A stretch of DNA of 64,000 bases, from the NCBI RefSeq assembly GCF_006345805.1, contig NW_021832529.1:49449-113448 (forward strand). Reading direction: 5' to 3'. Shown in pieces: positions 51,981 to 63,548 of this stretch. Position numbers and translations under genes: made by a program. A model generated the notes under the pieces. It ran no database searches and was not told the DNA's origin. It worked only from the letters and a program-made list of their open reading frames with translations. Source of the stretch: Octopus sinensis (Eukaryota). Each line of letters opens with the position of its first letter. Positions within the stretch are counted from its first letter, which is position 1.

Positions 51981-54900
51981 GTATGAATATGACACAATAT
52001 TATCTATCTGTCTGTATACATATGTATGTTTATACAGAAACTCATTTATCAACAAAATCATTAAAGATATTTAGTCAATTGGAGATATGACGATAGAAAG
52101 CATGAAATGTTTTATTTTCAAAAGCATTAGCTTTATTTAACTAAATGTTTCTAACAATCACATAGAGAAATTTGTGTTTATCTGTGTACATACATTCACA
52201 CATACTGAGAAAGAGTTACACAATGAATACAGTTATATTCATAAGAATGTGTATGTGTGTAGTGTATCATTGTATAGGGAATGAAAGACTTGACAGACTG
52301 AAAGAATGGAGATTCTTATTTTTTTCCTTCCAATATTGCAATAAGCTACTTCTTCTAAAAGATCAGTCTGTCTGTCTATCTACTTACCAGCTATCTACTT
52401 ATCACAATTTTTTTACTTTGAATGTGCACGATGGTGTATAGTGTGTGTGTGTGTATGATGATATATGTCGGATTGTGTGTATGTCTGTAGGTGAGTATAT
52501 ATGATGGTGTATGTTGCTTTGTGTATGTATATGATTGTATTTGAAGATGTATGTTGGTTTATTGCTTCATATGATGAAAAGCAGTGTAATTTTTATTAGT
52601 CAGCAGAATTACTAAGTCTAGCATGCTCTGTTTTTACAGGAACACAAGTGAAAGACTTGGTGGCAAACAAACAAACAATCGCGCTGTATTATATGTAAGC
52701 TATTCTATTTAAGTTTTCAAGTGAAAATACTGAGAGAATTATTTGTTGGGAAGCTCCTCATTAATTGACACCTTGTGTGTGGAGTGGGGGTGACTTCATC
52801 TGAAGGCACAAAAACTCTTCCCCCTTCTTGCTATTGTAACTTCAACCTTTATATTTAAGCATCTAGAGATGTTTTTTTGTTTTTGTTTAGTCTTTTTCTA
52901 AAATGAAATTATTTTGTTTGCAGGCTGCCATTAGAGCTGTTGAACAAGCAAAGGCCAAAAATATTTCAAACCTTACTATCAACACTAGTAGTGAGTTCAT
53001 AATGAACAGTAAGTTATGTTTGTTTCTCCTATGAATCAACTAATCCTTAACCTATTTAGTGTTTGTGGATGTTATTCCCTAACTTCTTTCATTTGGAACC
53101 CAAGTATTTTACTTCTATCAGTGAATGTCCAGAGGATCTCTTAGTGTTGTGTGTGACTGCATCCTATTGCAAAATTACTATATGTTAAGGTTGAAGAAGA
53201 AAATTGTGCATATTATTTTAGCACCAGATCGATGCTGATTGAACAAAGCAGACTATCCTGTTTTGTTTTGTTTTTTTATTTCTTAAATGTATCTAGAACT
53301 ACATTTATCCAATGTGTCTATCCATTTTTAAGATGGTAGGGAGTGATTTGAGGGAGATCAGATTGCTATTTCTAGCATGTTAAGTAATTATAGAGCCTCC
53401 CTCATTGGCCTGGGGATTAGGTATTTCCAGAATACCTCTTTTACAATATTCACCTTTAGCAGCAGGGCTTTTTACATGTAGTCTTCCAGGAACAAATTGG
53501 CAGGACTTACTACAGATGTTTATATTGTTTATTGGTCAGCTTCATTGTAGCAAATAACAGCTGGAGCTACACTTATCTTTGCTCTTCACAAAATATTTGT
53601 ACAAGTAAATCTGTTACAGGTAATATTTATGTGGAATACTTTTGTTTTTATTTTTCAGTTTGTTTATCTACTTCTCATTCATCATAATATTGTTATTTCT
53701 GTTTGTATAGCTGTGCATGGGGAGACTCATTGAACCAAGTGACACCATAGTCACGACCATTGCCAGTGTCATGTGAATGGCACCTGTGAAATCGTAGTCA
53801 TGGCTGTTACTGGTGTCATGTAAAAGGTGCCCATGCCAGTGGCACATAAAAAAGCACCCATTACACTTTCGGAGTGGTTGGTATTAGAAAGGGCATCCAC
53901 CTGTAAAAACCATGCCAAATCAGACTGGAATCTGGTGCAGCTTTCCAGCATGCTACTTCCAGTCAAACCATCGAACCCATGCCAGCATGGTAAACAGACA
54001 TTAAATGATGATGATAATGATGATAGCCACACCCACATCTCTCATGTCACAGGTGTTATTTTATTAACCATACATATCTTGGAACTATTGGGTCATGCCA
54101 TAAATAATGTGGTTTTTTGTACTTCTTTCATTTTTCAAAATTAAGATAAACAAAATTCTTTTCCAGTCTAAAATATACTCTCCTTCATTTTCTACAATGC
54201 TCTTCCATATATCTGGTACACTTGCCCCTCTTCCAAAATTCACTTGTCTGTGACGAAAAATACTCCTCCAGTACAGTTCTGACCTCATCTGCAGAATTCC
54301 TATTTTTTAGCCCAAATAATTTTGAAGACTGCAGAATAAATGATAATCAGATGGGGCAATGTCCGGTGAATATGGTTTCCCATTCAAACTGCTCAAGCCT
54401 TTGGAATGTCATCCTTGCTATATGTGGCTGAGCATTATTCTGATGGAAGAACACCTTTCGTCTTGAAACCAAAAATAGTTGTTTTTCTTTTAGTGCTGAC
54501 TTAAGTTGCTCAAGCTGCTCACAGTAGATCTCCTTTGTTACTGTTTGGTTTGGGTTTAAAAGTTCAATGTGGACTAAACCTTTCATATCCCACCATACAG
54601 ATAACAACACATTATGTGGTGCCAGTGTTTCTCCTTTTCCTACCCACTGTCTTCAGTGCTTGACATGTTTATAGAGAACCCATTTCTTGTCACCAGTCAC
54701 TACTTGGTCCAAAAAAGTTCATTTGTGAGATGTAACAGCAAAGAAGAACACCCATTCACTCTCTGCGCGCAATTAGACTCAGGAAGTTTGTGGGGGACCC
54801 ATTGACCCAATTTGCTGACTTTTCTAATGGCACACAGGTGTTGATGAATGGTTGAATGACCAAATCCAAGTTTCTCTGCTAGTTCCTCAACAGTTACAAT

Positions 54901-55838
54901 GGGATTTTGTTCCACCAGGGTTTGCAGGATGTCCTTGTTGGGCTCTACAGATCTTCCAGAATGAGGCTCGTCTTCTAGGCTGTAGTTTCTGGCTCGGAAT
55001 TTCTGGAACCACTGTTGATACTGGCTTATGCTTATTTCTGAACCCCATATACTGCATTAATATACCTTGCAATTTCTGTTGCTTTGTTGCCTTTATTGAA
55101 CTTATAAAGCATAATATACCGAATATGCTCCTTTGTCATTTCCATAACAGCTTTGACAAAATAACTGTTAAAATTGCACTGTACTCTTCAAAACTTGCAC
55201 TAAGAATAAGCACAAGGTAAAATTAGAAACAAAGTGAGGGTTGACAATAGGAAATACATCTGGCTGTAGAAAATCTGCCTTAACTATTTCAGTCTGATCC
55301 ATGCAAGTATGGAAAAATGGATGTTAAATTATGATGATGGTGGTTTCTCTGGTGTTTGCTGTCATTATTGACTTCCATGATAATTACTTTGTGTATTTGT
55401 GTATCTTAATCATGAGAGAAGTGGGGCCTTAACCTGAGCATCAACACTTCAGAGCTTGCAATAAATTTAAATTAAAAGGAACCAAGAGATTAACACAAAT
55501 ACTTGCAACAGAATAAGTTAGAGGCCATTAGTGACCAGAGGGTAGTGTTACGCTGGGTGGGATTTTAAATGTAACACCAAAAAGTTAGGCCTAAGACAAT
55601 AATGTTAAATCTGTTCCTTCTCTCCCTCACACCAGGTATAACTAAATGGTTGGAGGGTTGGAAAAAGAATAACTGGATGAAATCAAATGGAAAAGAAGTG
55701 ATAAACAAAGAAGAACTGCAGGAATTGGATAAGAAATTGGAGGGAATCAATGTTAAATGGGTAAGTTTAAGCAGGACGAACTGGGAAGCTAAAAGAAAAC
55801 TCTATCATGACATCTAAACCAACTGAAGGATTTTATTC

Positions 55839-55875
<37 letters not shown>

Positions 55876-58072
55876 AAACATGTTTGATTGTGTGCTTTGT
55901 TTTTTTTTTCCATTGTGGTCTAATTAGAAGAGGTTAAGATTACTTATCAAGGTTTGCAAAGATTTTGGTAAGAGATTAGAAAATCTGACTGTAATTTTGG
56001 AGGAGAAAAAATTTTTCAGTCTGTGTGCTTTTCACCTTTCCTACTGATCATCTTGATGATATAGTAGAAGTTGATGATGGTATGAGGGGTTTCTTCCATA
56101 TGTTGCAGACTGTTAGGTTTGGTTGTGTGAGCAGTGTGGAAGGACATATCTAGGAGAATGGTTTCAGTCCCACATTTAACTGTCTGATGAGTCAGAGGTG
56201 AAACATGTGTTGTGAAGGGTCATCAGTGTAGAACTGGTAGAGTGTCAACCAGTGAGTTGAGGTACCAGAGAACTGGCAAGGGTTGTTGTGCTTTGATTAG
56301 CTGTAAGTTGGAGCATTCTGTGAGGTGCAACTCTAAAAATGTTGTTGTTTTAACCCTAATTGAACAGACTTATGATCAAAGGTATTCTAGCCAAGGCCAT
56401 GCATCTTTTCTGAAGTATGTCCTATTCCAAGACAGCAGGGTGTGATTTAAGAGAAATTTGGCTTTTTCTAGCAAGTTGTTACTACTTAGATGCTCTCTCC
56501 TCCCTTTTCTCTGATAATGAAGTAAAAGCTTTGAGGTGAGAAATAGATCAATAATTTTTTAATATTTAATTTTATGGATTTGGGCAGGTGACAACACAAA
56601 TTAGTGCAAAATTTAGGGATGGAAAACTGCTCATCCTCAACAGTAGCTGCATTGGTGTAGGAGGAGTGAGAGAGGAAAGAAATGTGATGAGAATAAGTAC
56701 AAAGAAAGGTGAGGCAAGATGTCATCAGTGTAAAATAATTGGTAGTTGAACTACTGTTGATGTTGGAGAGGTTTGAAGAAAAGTAGTGGCTATAAAGAAA
56801 CTTAGCAGGGAGACTTAGAGCCACAGTAACTGGAAGTCTTTTTGCTTCCACTCTCTCCTCTTCTCATCTGGTTATCAACCAAATAATACTTTTCAGTGTG
56901 TGAAGGTGGAATATAGAATGTAGTCTGAACAACAGATGAACTGGAAATAGATGAGAAATAGCTGGCACAGAAAAGAATAAAATTTGAATGAGGGAGGAGA
57001 AAAGCAAGTATGCATATGTACACCCCTGCCACACACATCCTTAACTCTCTTAAGTTTGTTTCAACTACTGAATGAACTAGCACAAAGAATTACAATGTTC
57101 CAGATGATCTATTCTCATTGACAGATTGTCAAAGAACTCTAGAAGAATTAAATGTCATTTTAATCTCTCATCAAAAATTTGAGTAGATGCCTAGAAAATT
57201 TTTCATGTCTAAAAATGTTAGTAATAACTTTCTATTATTCAAAGAAACAAGAAACTTTTCTTTAATAACCAATGAAAATAGTCATAAACAGTTGTTATTA
57301 TATATTGCCTAGCACTTAGAAGAAAGGGGTTTTAAAGAAAATAGTGTATTTGAATGGTTGTTTTTAATTTAAAAAAACACTATTTTATGAATGAATCAAT
57401 GCTTAAAATTTTAGACATGAATTTGAAACAGAAAAGGCAAGATACCTACTTAACTCTTTTGAGAGAAATATTAGTATAATTTGTAACTTGATTAACCAAG
57501 GAATGGTCAGTACTTAATAACAAACCAGTGGGACTGGTTTATTGTAATTAGAATTATTATTAAAAGAAAGAAAAGTGTTGGCCTTGTGCGAAAATTAGAA
57601 AGAATTATCAATATGAATTGTGTTCATGGCCCATGTAGGCCCTCTAAGAGTGGTTAAGTTGGCTGCTTCAAGTTGATTGCTACAGAAAGAACTAGGGCAG
57701 GAAGGGAATTCCAATGGGATGTTATTCAGGGAAGGGAGGGAGTTGGAAATGATTATTGTAGGCCTGGGAATACAATATGCATGTTTCAAATTGGTACTAA
57801 TAATGTTTAGAGATTTTTAAAATTATTATTTTATTTAATTTTATAGTTTAATGAGAGTTTCTCTAATTTCTATTCTCAGTCTCCGCATAGGAGAATAAAA
57901 ATAGATAGGCTGTGGATAGCCTCCTCCTCTTTACATCAACAAATAAATATAAAAATTATTTTGATTGTATATTATTTCTATTTCCTAGGTCCATGTGGAT
58001 AAATGTTGTGCTGGAAACGAAGCTGCTGACAAATTGGCCAATAAAGGAGCAAAACTTCCTCTACCTGAGTAG
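46436..58072 (+). CDS. RNASEH1-like: Spliced RNase H1-like gene (hybrid-binding domain, long linker, RNase H fold) with catalytic residues substituted; 5'-incomplete. Exons 46436-46536, 48070-48369, 50419-50530, 52640-52694, 52924-53008, 55636-55760, 57989-58072
   Basis: All introns GT-AG with compatible phases (2,1,1,2,0,1,0) and no stops. Spliced protein: (W)TECQEQIKGFYGAKFKKFSTEEEALAFAEIPAS-D-[99-aa linker]-GKKLADDDKDVFIAGSCLNNGKPDASAGLGVYWGEREKNTSERLGGKQTNNRAVLYAAIRAVEQAKAKNISNLTINTSSEFIMNSITKWLEGWKKNNWMKSNGKEVINKEELQELDKKLEGINVKWVHVDKCCAGNEAADKLANKGAKLPLPE*. Confidence 0.93.
48070..48369 (+). CDS. RNASEH1-like: RNase H1-like exon: 300-nt connection/linker exon
   Basis: Open 300 nt between taacag| and |gtaatg with phases 1/1, fitting both neighbouring exons; overlaps ORF 48111-48434. 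Confidence 0.78.
48415..49530 (-). mobile_element. R4/Dong-type (REL endonuclease) non-LTR retrotransposon 3' fragment in intron
   Basis: TEALICTAQEQALRTNY.KCKID...DKC...GE.SETV..IVSEC (CCHC region), GDNRIEEKEKEKVNNYDELKWEI, IVIGA.G, then (TAA)n-like tail near 48415-48430. Confidence 0.8.
50419..50530 (+). CDS. RNASEH1-like: RNase H1-like exon: first strand of RNase H domain (catalytic D replaced by A)
   Basis: atttacag| and |gtaagt; VFIAGSCLNNG...AGLGVYWG versus canonical VYTDGxCxxNG...AGxGVYWG. Confidence 0.93.
52640..52694 (+). CDS. RNASEH1-like: RNase H1-like exon: QTNNRA helix (catalytic E replaced by V)
   Basis: tttttacag| and |gtaagc; RLGGKQTNNRAVLY versus canonical RLPGxQTNxRAEI. 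Confidence 0.93.
52924..53008 (+). CDS. RNASEH1-like: RNase H1-like exon: AA..A+EQA...TDS region (catalytic D replaced by S)
   Basis: tttgtttgcag| and |gtaagt; LTINTSSEFIMN versus canonical LxxxTDSxFxxN. Confidence 0.93.
54086..55220 (-). mobile_element. Degenerate mariner (DD34D-type) transposon in intron
   Basis: GQWVPHKL, LLSVWWDMKG+VH.ELL, FHQNNAQPH motifs; TIR-like tattgggtcatgccataaat at 54086. Confidence 0.85.
55636..55760 (+). CDS. RNASEH1-like: RNase H1-like exon: basic protrusion (W..GWKKN.W...NGK.V.NK)
   Basis: ctccctcacaccag| and |gtaagt; overlaps ORF 55602-55817. Confidence 0.95.
57989..58072 (+). CDS. RNASEH1-like: RNase H1-like last coding exon (HV...GNE.AD.LA..GA, stop TAG)
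   Basis: tttctatttcctag| acceptor; several AATAAA hexamers within ~270 nt downstream. Confidence 0.93.
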   Translation, partial: VHVDKCCAGNEAADKLANKGAKLPLPE

Positions 58073-58977
58073 ATTTTCCTGCATGTTGTTAATTGGAATG
58101 TCAACAAATAAATCATAAAGTCACACACACACAAACACAGTCTCTCTCTCTTGCACAGATATAGTGATAAGCATAATCTTACAATAATACTTTCCAAACA
58201 TCCTCTCACAAAGATATATAGTAGTATTTCTACAATAAAAGATATATGCATTCATAATTTAGTTCATGTGGTTATTTCTTGTTGGTGCGTCAAATAATTA
58301 TGATAAAAGTGGCATAATTGAAATATGTTTACAATAAAATAGCAGAGAAAATATAAAGACTCCAGTTACAAAGAAAAAGTGATTAGCCAGTCATCTGGCA
58401 AACAATGTGCTATTCTGATACTTTCTGTGGGTCTGTTTCTCTTTTCTAACCAAAATTAGTTTTTATGTCTGTGTATCATCATTATTTTTATATCCCATTT
58501 TTCAGACAGACATAGGTTGGACAAGACTACAACACTAGCAAATCTACCCATCTATGATGGGGACATAAAATGAGGGAGGGCGGTCACAAGAGCAGTATGT
58601 ATTGAGAAATGTATAAATGGACTTGATAGATTATTGGGTGATGTCTTAAAGAAATCACATTATTGTTGGTGATGCAGCATTCTATTGCAGCTACATGACA
58701 TGTTTGCGACTAAGTGACGTGATGACAATTCACTCCCGAACTGAAATAAGCTCCTAGCCCCTGTATCCTGAATGGTTATGGGGACCACACCTAACAAAAG
58801 CCAGACCTTCCTTCAATCACTACACAAAAAGTATTAAGAAAAAAAATGTTATTTAGATATACTTTTATTTTAGTTGTTTACGCTATTTTATGCAGGCTTA
58901 TAGTCTTAAACATTCAAAGTTCACAAATTTCCTTATTTAAATTGTGAATCATATTCCTTTCGATAATATCAATATGA

Positions 58978-59170
58978 TTACAAAACTTCTTTGTAGACGA
59001 TATTTTCTCTTTGGTCGACACTAATTTTCAAATTACTGGAGTCCTTTTCTCTACTCATGGCGACATATAACTGGCTGTGTGTAAACATCAGAACAGGTAA
59101 AAATACTCCTACACGATCTAAAGTCTGGCCTTGTGCCTTGTTTGCTGTGAATGCATGCACAAGTAGAATC
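58978..59170 (-). pseudogene. Helitron RepHel/PIF1 helicase C-terminal fragment
   Basis: NKAQGQTLDRVGVFLP...FTHSQLYVAMSR...NIVYKEVL. Confidence 0.88.
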
Positions 59171-59779
59171 TTTAGGTATCTGCCCATCTACGATGGGAAA
59201 TAAAGGGATAGTATCGCAAGTCTAAACCCTCAAAATTCATGAACTATATAGTGAGGGGAATCCAGAGTTAATCCTCGTCACAGGAATTTAAAAAAAAAAA
59301 AATCAAAGGTGATTTATTGATACAAAACTCGATATACAATAAATAATCATACTTCTTCACATTTTTCCCTATTTACCTCCTTTGTAATCCAGCCATTTGA
59401 CCATGAATAGGGAACAGGCAGAAGGACATAACACTCATTATAAGAAGTTGACTTACTTCTTTTATTAGTTATCTCCCCTGTAATTATTATTTACGCCTGT
59501 GAACTGAAATGAACCATTACCTTCAATATCCAATAATAATCGTAATTTTTCATGTTTTTTTCACTAAAAACTTCCCTGATTTCCTCCTTCATAATCCTGA
59601 AAAACACTGGTCCAGCTCTTTGACCATGAAGAGGGCAGAGACAGATGGATATAACGCCCATTATAGTAAAATGATATCCTTCCTGTCACCAACTCTTGTT
59701 TTTTTCTTTTTTTAAGTAAGGTATTTTTATTCCATTAGTATTAACATGTTGCTGCCAATGAAACTTGAGCTACAGGATG

Positions 59780-60195
59780 CATTGTTTACCTTGGTAGATA
59801 AAGCAATTAAGGGTATGAAGACAGGGAAAGCTTCTAGCCCATCAGGAATCACCACAGAGATGCTTAAAATATCTAGCAGTGTTGGCTATAGTCTAGTCAC
59901 CCGTATAGTCAATCAGGTGACACATGAAAGAGGAGCAGCACCATAGTCAACTGCTACAAAAGTAAAGGTGATGATGTATTAGATACGAATAATAATAGAG
60001 GTATTAAGTTGTTGGATCAGGTAATGAAAGTCACGGAGAGGGTCAGTTTAGATGAGATGCAGTTTGGGTTTGTGCCAGGAAAAAGCACCACTAATGCTAT
60101 ATTTCTGGTAAGACAACTGCGGGAGAAATACCCAGCCAAAGATAAATCTCTGTACCTGGCTTTTATTGACATAGAGAAAGCCTTTGAAAGACCTG
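59780..60195 (+). mobile_element. RTE LINE RT fragment (degenerate)
   Basis: KAIKGMKTGKASSPSGITTEMLK, QFGFVPGKSTTNAIFLVRQL, LAFIDIEKAF. Confidence 0.88.
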
Positions 60196-60364
60196 GGATG
60201 AGGTGGGCCTCACAGTGGCGTTGACAAGTTTCTCCTCCCATTCATTCTCCACATTCAGCAGTCTTTCATAATAACATTTTGAAGCCTCTTTCTTTGCATA
60301 ATCATTAAATACAAGTGCACCATCATCCATGCAGACACATTTATCTCCTATGACATCACGATTT

Positions 60365-61075
60365 CTCTCATAAACTGTCTTGAAATCCGAAACACTCTGT
60401 ATTTAAGAGCAACAATGCATCCTGCTGCTTGGTGAGAATGTAATCAATCTGGCTAGCGTAGCCACCTGATTGGTAGGTTATCAGCTGGCTGGTCAGCTTC
60501 TTGAAGTTAGTGTTGCAGATCAATAGGTTATTTGCATTACAGAACACCAGTAACCCTGTTCCCTCCAATTCCATGGCCCCCATGTACATCATGGAAAATA
60601 CCGGGCTGCCGTTTGATATGCTCATTGAAATACCCAGCCACAAAGATGAGATTCTTGTCATTTGTCTTGGAGGTAGCCTGCAGGAGAATATCATAAAAAT
60701 AGTCCTTCTGTTCATTTAGTAGGCTTGCTTGTAGGGTATAGACAGAGATAATTGATGCTATGCTATTCTGCAAGACTAGCCCAAGCTTAAGCACTCTATT
60801 GCTCACTCTGACTACTTCTATGACCTTATCTACCCATTTCTCTGCAAGAAGTATACCTACACGTCTTGCCTGTGAGGAACATGGCTGAAGCTCCTCCCCA
60901 CCTTACCTCCTGAATGCAGCATACAACAACATGCCTCCATTCAAGCAGCTCAACAATCTTGCAAGATCTACTTTTCAATGTGCCTATATTCACAGTGCCA
61001 ACCCTGAGAACTGGGTAAGGGACACTGGAGGTTACATGGGCAGGAGAGATGGTATTGGGCACCTGAAAAGAAAGT
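60365..61075 (-). mobile_element. RTE LINE apurinic endonuclease fragment (degenerate)
   Basis: LRVGTVNIGTL, CCIQEVRW, IISVY, VAGYFNEHI, SQIDYIL. Confidence 0.85.
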
Positions 61076-63034
61076 TTCAGTGATTGTTTGGCAACCGAAA
61101 TGTCACATCGGTTCGTCTCGCTTTAACCTACCATCATTCAAACATGTTAAAATTGTTGTCCCTATTGGTAGTGAGTAGCGTTGTAAATATAAGCATTACT
61201 GCCGCAAATATAAATAGGTCAATGTATAAATTAATTAAATAAATGATCTGCCATGGTTATTCCGTTATATATAGGGAGAAAGAGGTAGGTGGCATGTTAA
61301 TTTACTAATAATTTCCTAAGTAACATATCACCCTTTGGTGCATGCAGTTTTGTTGGAAGGAGGGAAGAAGGTATGTAAGTCTTCTGGTTCAGAAGCAAGG
61401 CAGAGCCCTGTAGGGGTTTCCAGTATAGGTGGTGGGGGCACTGCAGACAAGCAATGGCCAATTTACTATTGTTGGGGAGAGAGACATGACTATATTGAGA
61501 GACATAAGTAAAACAAGAATGCATACAAATTTTAGAGAACAATGTCGAAAACATTATGAAACAGTGACAGAGAACTAAGATTTTAGGGAATTACAGTTTG
61601 AAGGTTATTTGAAGAATCAAACATGTAATATAAACATGATAGTACATGTTGGTATTACGGGTTACATGAGTGAATGAATGAATGAGGCAATTGAGAAAAT
61701 GAGAGAAAAATTCTTAGCTATGCATATTGCAAAACAACAGTGAATCAAGTGGCGTAAAAGTCTAAGAAAACATGTGCTAAAGATCCTTTATAAGAACTAC
61801 AGCCGGAAGTGGTCAAATAAGATGGTCAGTTTTATTTAAGGAAAAGTTTGGTAACAAAACTAAAATCAAAAAGGAAAATTTTTTGTTTTTAGATTGAAAC
61901 AATAAATCAGATTCATTTCTTTAAAATAATAATTTACATATTTTATTTACAGTTGGTAAAGAAACTTTGTTTGGACAGTATGAAATCTCTGATTTTGGCT
62001 ATTCTGGTCAGTATTGTATTGGTCATGTTAGATGTTTCATTTAATTATATTCTCAGTCAAATATACTTAGAAACCAAAGGAGTTCCTATCCACAATCTTG
62101 GTTATGTTTCTGACTAACATTAATAATATCTATGAGAAAAGCATGTATATCACATCTCATTCCCTTATGAAATTTTTGGGGGACAAAAACAGTTAAAAGA
62201 CATTAGTATTTATTTACTTATATGAAGCATTGTAGCTTGATTTTATTATTACAGGTACAACATTGATTTTCTGAAAACTTTCAGATGACTGATTTTTCCA
62301 AACCAGGGGTGGTCACCTCTATATTAAACAAATATTAAATTTACTTAATTAAATGAAATATAGAGCTACCAAGTAAGCTAGTCTGGCAACTGTGAGAATT
62401 TGAAGTTCCTGTTCATAAAGCAGAGTGGATTACAAGAGGTTCTGGACCATCAGAGTCCGGAAAGTCAGTGTTGTACCTATTTAGAACTTAAATATTACAA
62501 AAGATAGGGGATGGGAGCAAATATTTGATAATTCTTGTTTGTCACAAAGCTGGACTTCTCTCCAAACTATGTCAACATAAAAATATCTTTCAACTAGATG
62601 TAGGGCGTTGTGTAAGATGGTGTACCAAATTCAGTGTATTACTGGTATGTATCTTGGCACAAAGCCAAGGAAATGGGATGCAATATATGACCTGGTGACT
62701 ATTTTTTCAACCTGCAAGGCTGAAAGAGTCTCGGTGAGATTTGAACTCAGAAAATAGATATATCTAAATATTGTCATCAACCACTTTTATGTGTAATTCT
62801 ATTTTTAAACAGATACAAGAACACATTTCTAGGGAGGAGTGTAATTGACTCAATTGATTCCTCCAGTAATTCATTGGTCCCAGAAGGATGAAGGGAAAAT
62901 CTGTCTTGGCTGAATTTCAATGAAAAAAGTTAAATTGTTGTAACTAAATTGTCATTTCAATTTAGAGAAGTGTTGATTACAGCAACCCCATTATTTGACA
63001 AGAAATTTATTTTATCAATCAAAATCAAAGTGAA

Positions 63035-63548
63035 ATTCGATGACAGGCACCCGTGCTAGCGGGGTGCAAAGAGCACCATATGAGCATGATCGTTGACAGA
63101 GCAGCTAACTGGCTTCTGTGCCAGTGGCACATAAAAGGCACCATTCGAGTGTGATCGTTACCAGTGTCGCCTTACTGGCACTTGTGCCCCGTGATAGTAG
63201 GGTGCTAAGAGCACCATCCGAGCGTGATCGCTGCCAGAGTGGCTAACTGGCTTCGGTGCCGGTGGCATGTAAAAGGCACCATTCGAGCAGGATCGTTACC
63301 AGTATTGCCTTACTGGCACCTGTGCCGGTGACATATGTAAAAAGATTTGAGCGAGGTCGTTGCCATTACTGCCTGACACGTAAAAGCACCCACTACACTC
63401 TTGGAGTGGTTGGCATTAGGAAGGGCATCCAGCTGTAGAAACTCTGCCAGATCAAGACTGGAGCCTGGTGCAGCCATCTGGTTCGCCAGCCCTCAGTCAA
63501 ACTGTCCAACCCATGCTAGCATGGAAAGTGGATGTTAAACGATGATGA
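63035..63548 (+). mobile_element. ORF-less RTE 3'-UTR repeat with tandem hairpin units; similar copies at ~41690-42157, ~46905-47183, ~53745-54020
   Basis: Repeated gtgccggtggcac.taaaa.gcacc units, then ggcattaggaagggcatccagctgt...catgctagcatggaaag..gttaaacgatgatga. Confidence 0.85.

Noticed and set aside
50457-52989. Cephalopod A-to-I recoding restoring the RNase H1 active site
   Set aside because: Editing reads A as G only. GCT (Ala) and GTA (Val) cannot become Asp/Glu codons, and AGT would become GGT (Gly).
46436-58072. RNase H domain derived from a retrotransposon
   Set aside because: It has an HBD, the cellular-type basic protrusion and spliceosomal introns at positions and phases I recall for animal RNASEH1 (needs confirming by alignment).
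44805-59170. RNase H1-like gene captured inside a giant Helitron
   Set aside because: The flanking RepHel remnants are on opposite strands (N-terminal-like piece +, C-terminal piece -), no matching termini were found, and the gene keeps long ordinary introns.
59780-61075. Twin-priming inversion of a single RTE insertion
   Set aside because: RT (+) and endonuclease (-) fragments converge tail-to-tail rather than diverging, and no TSD or tail is evident; independent relics are more likely.
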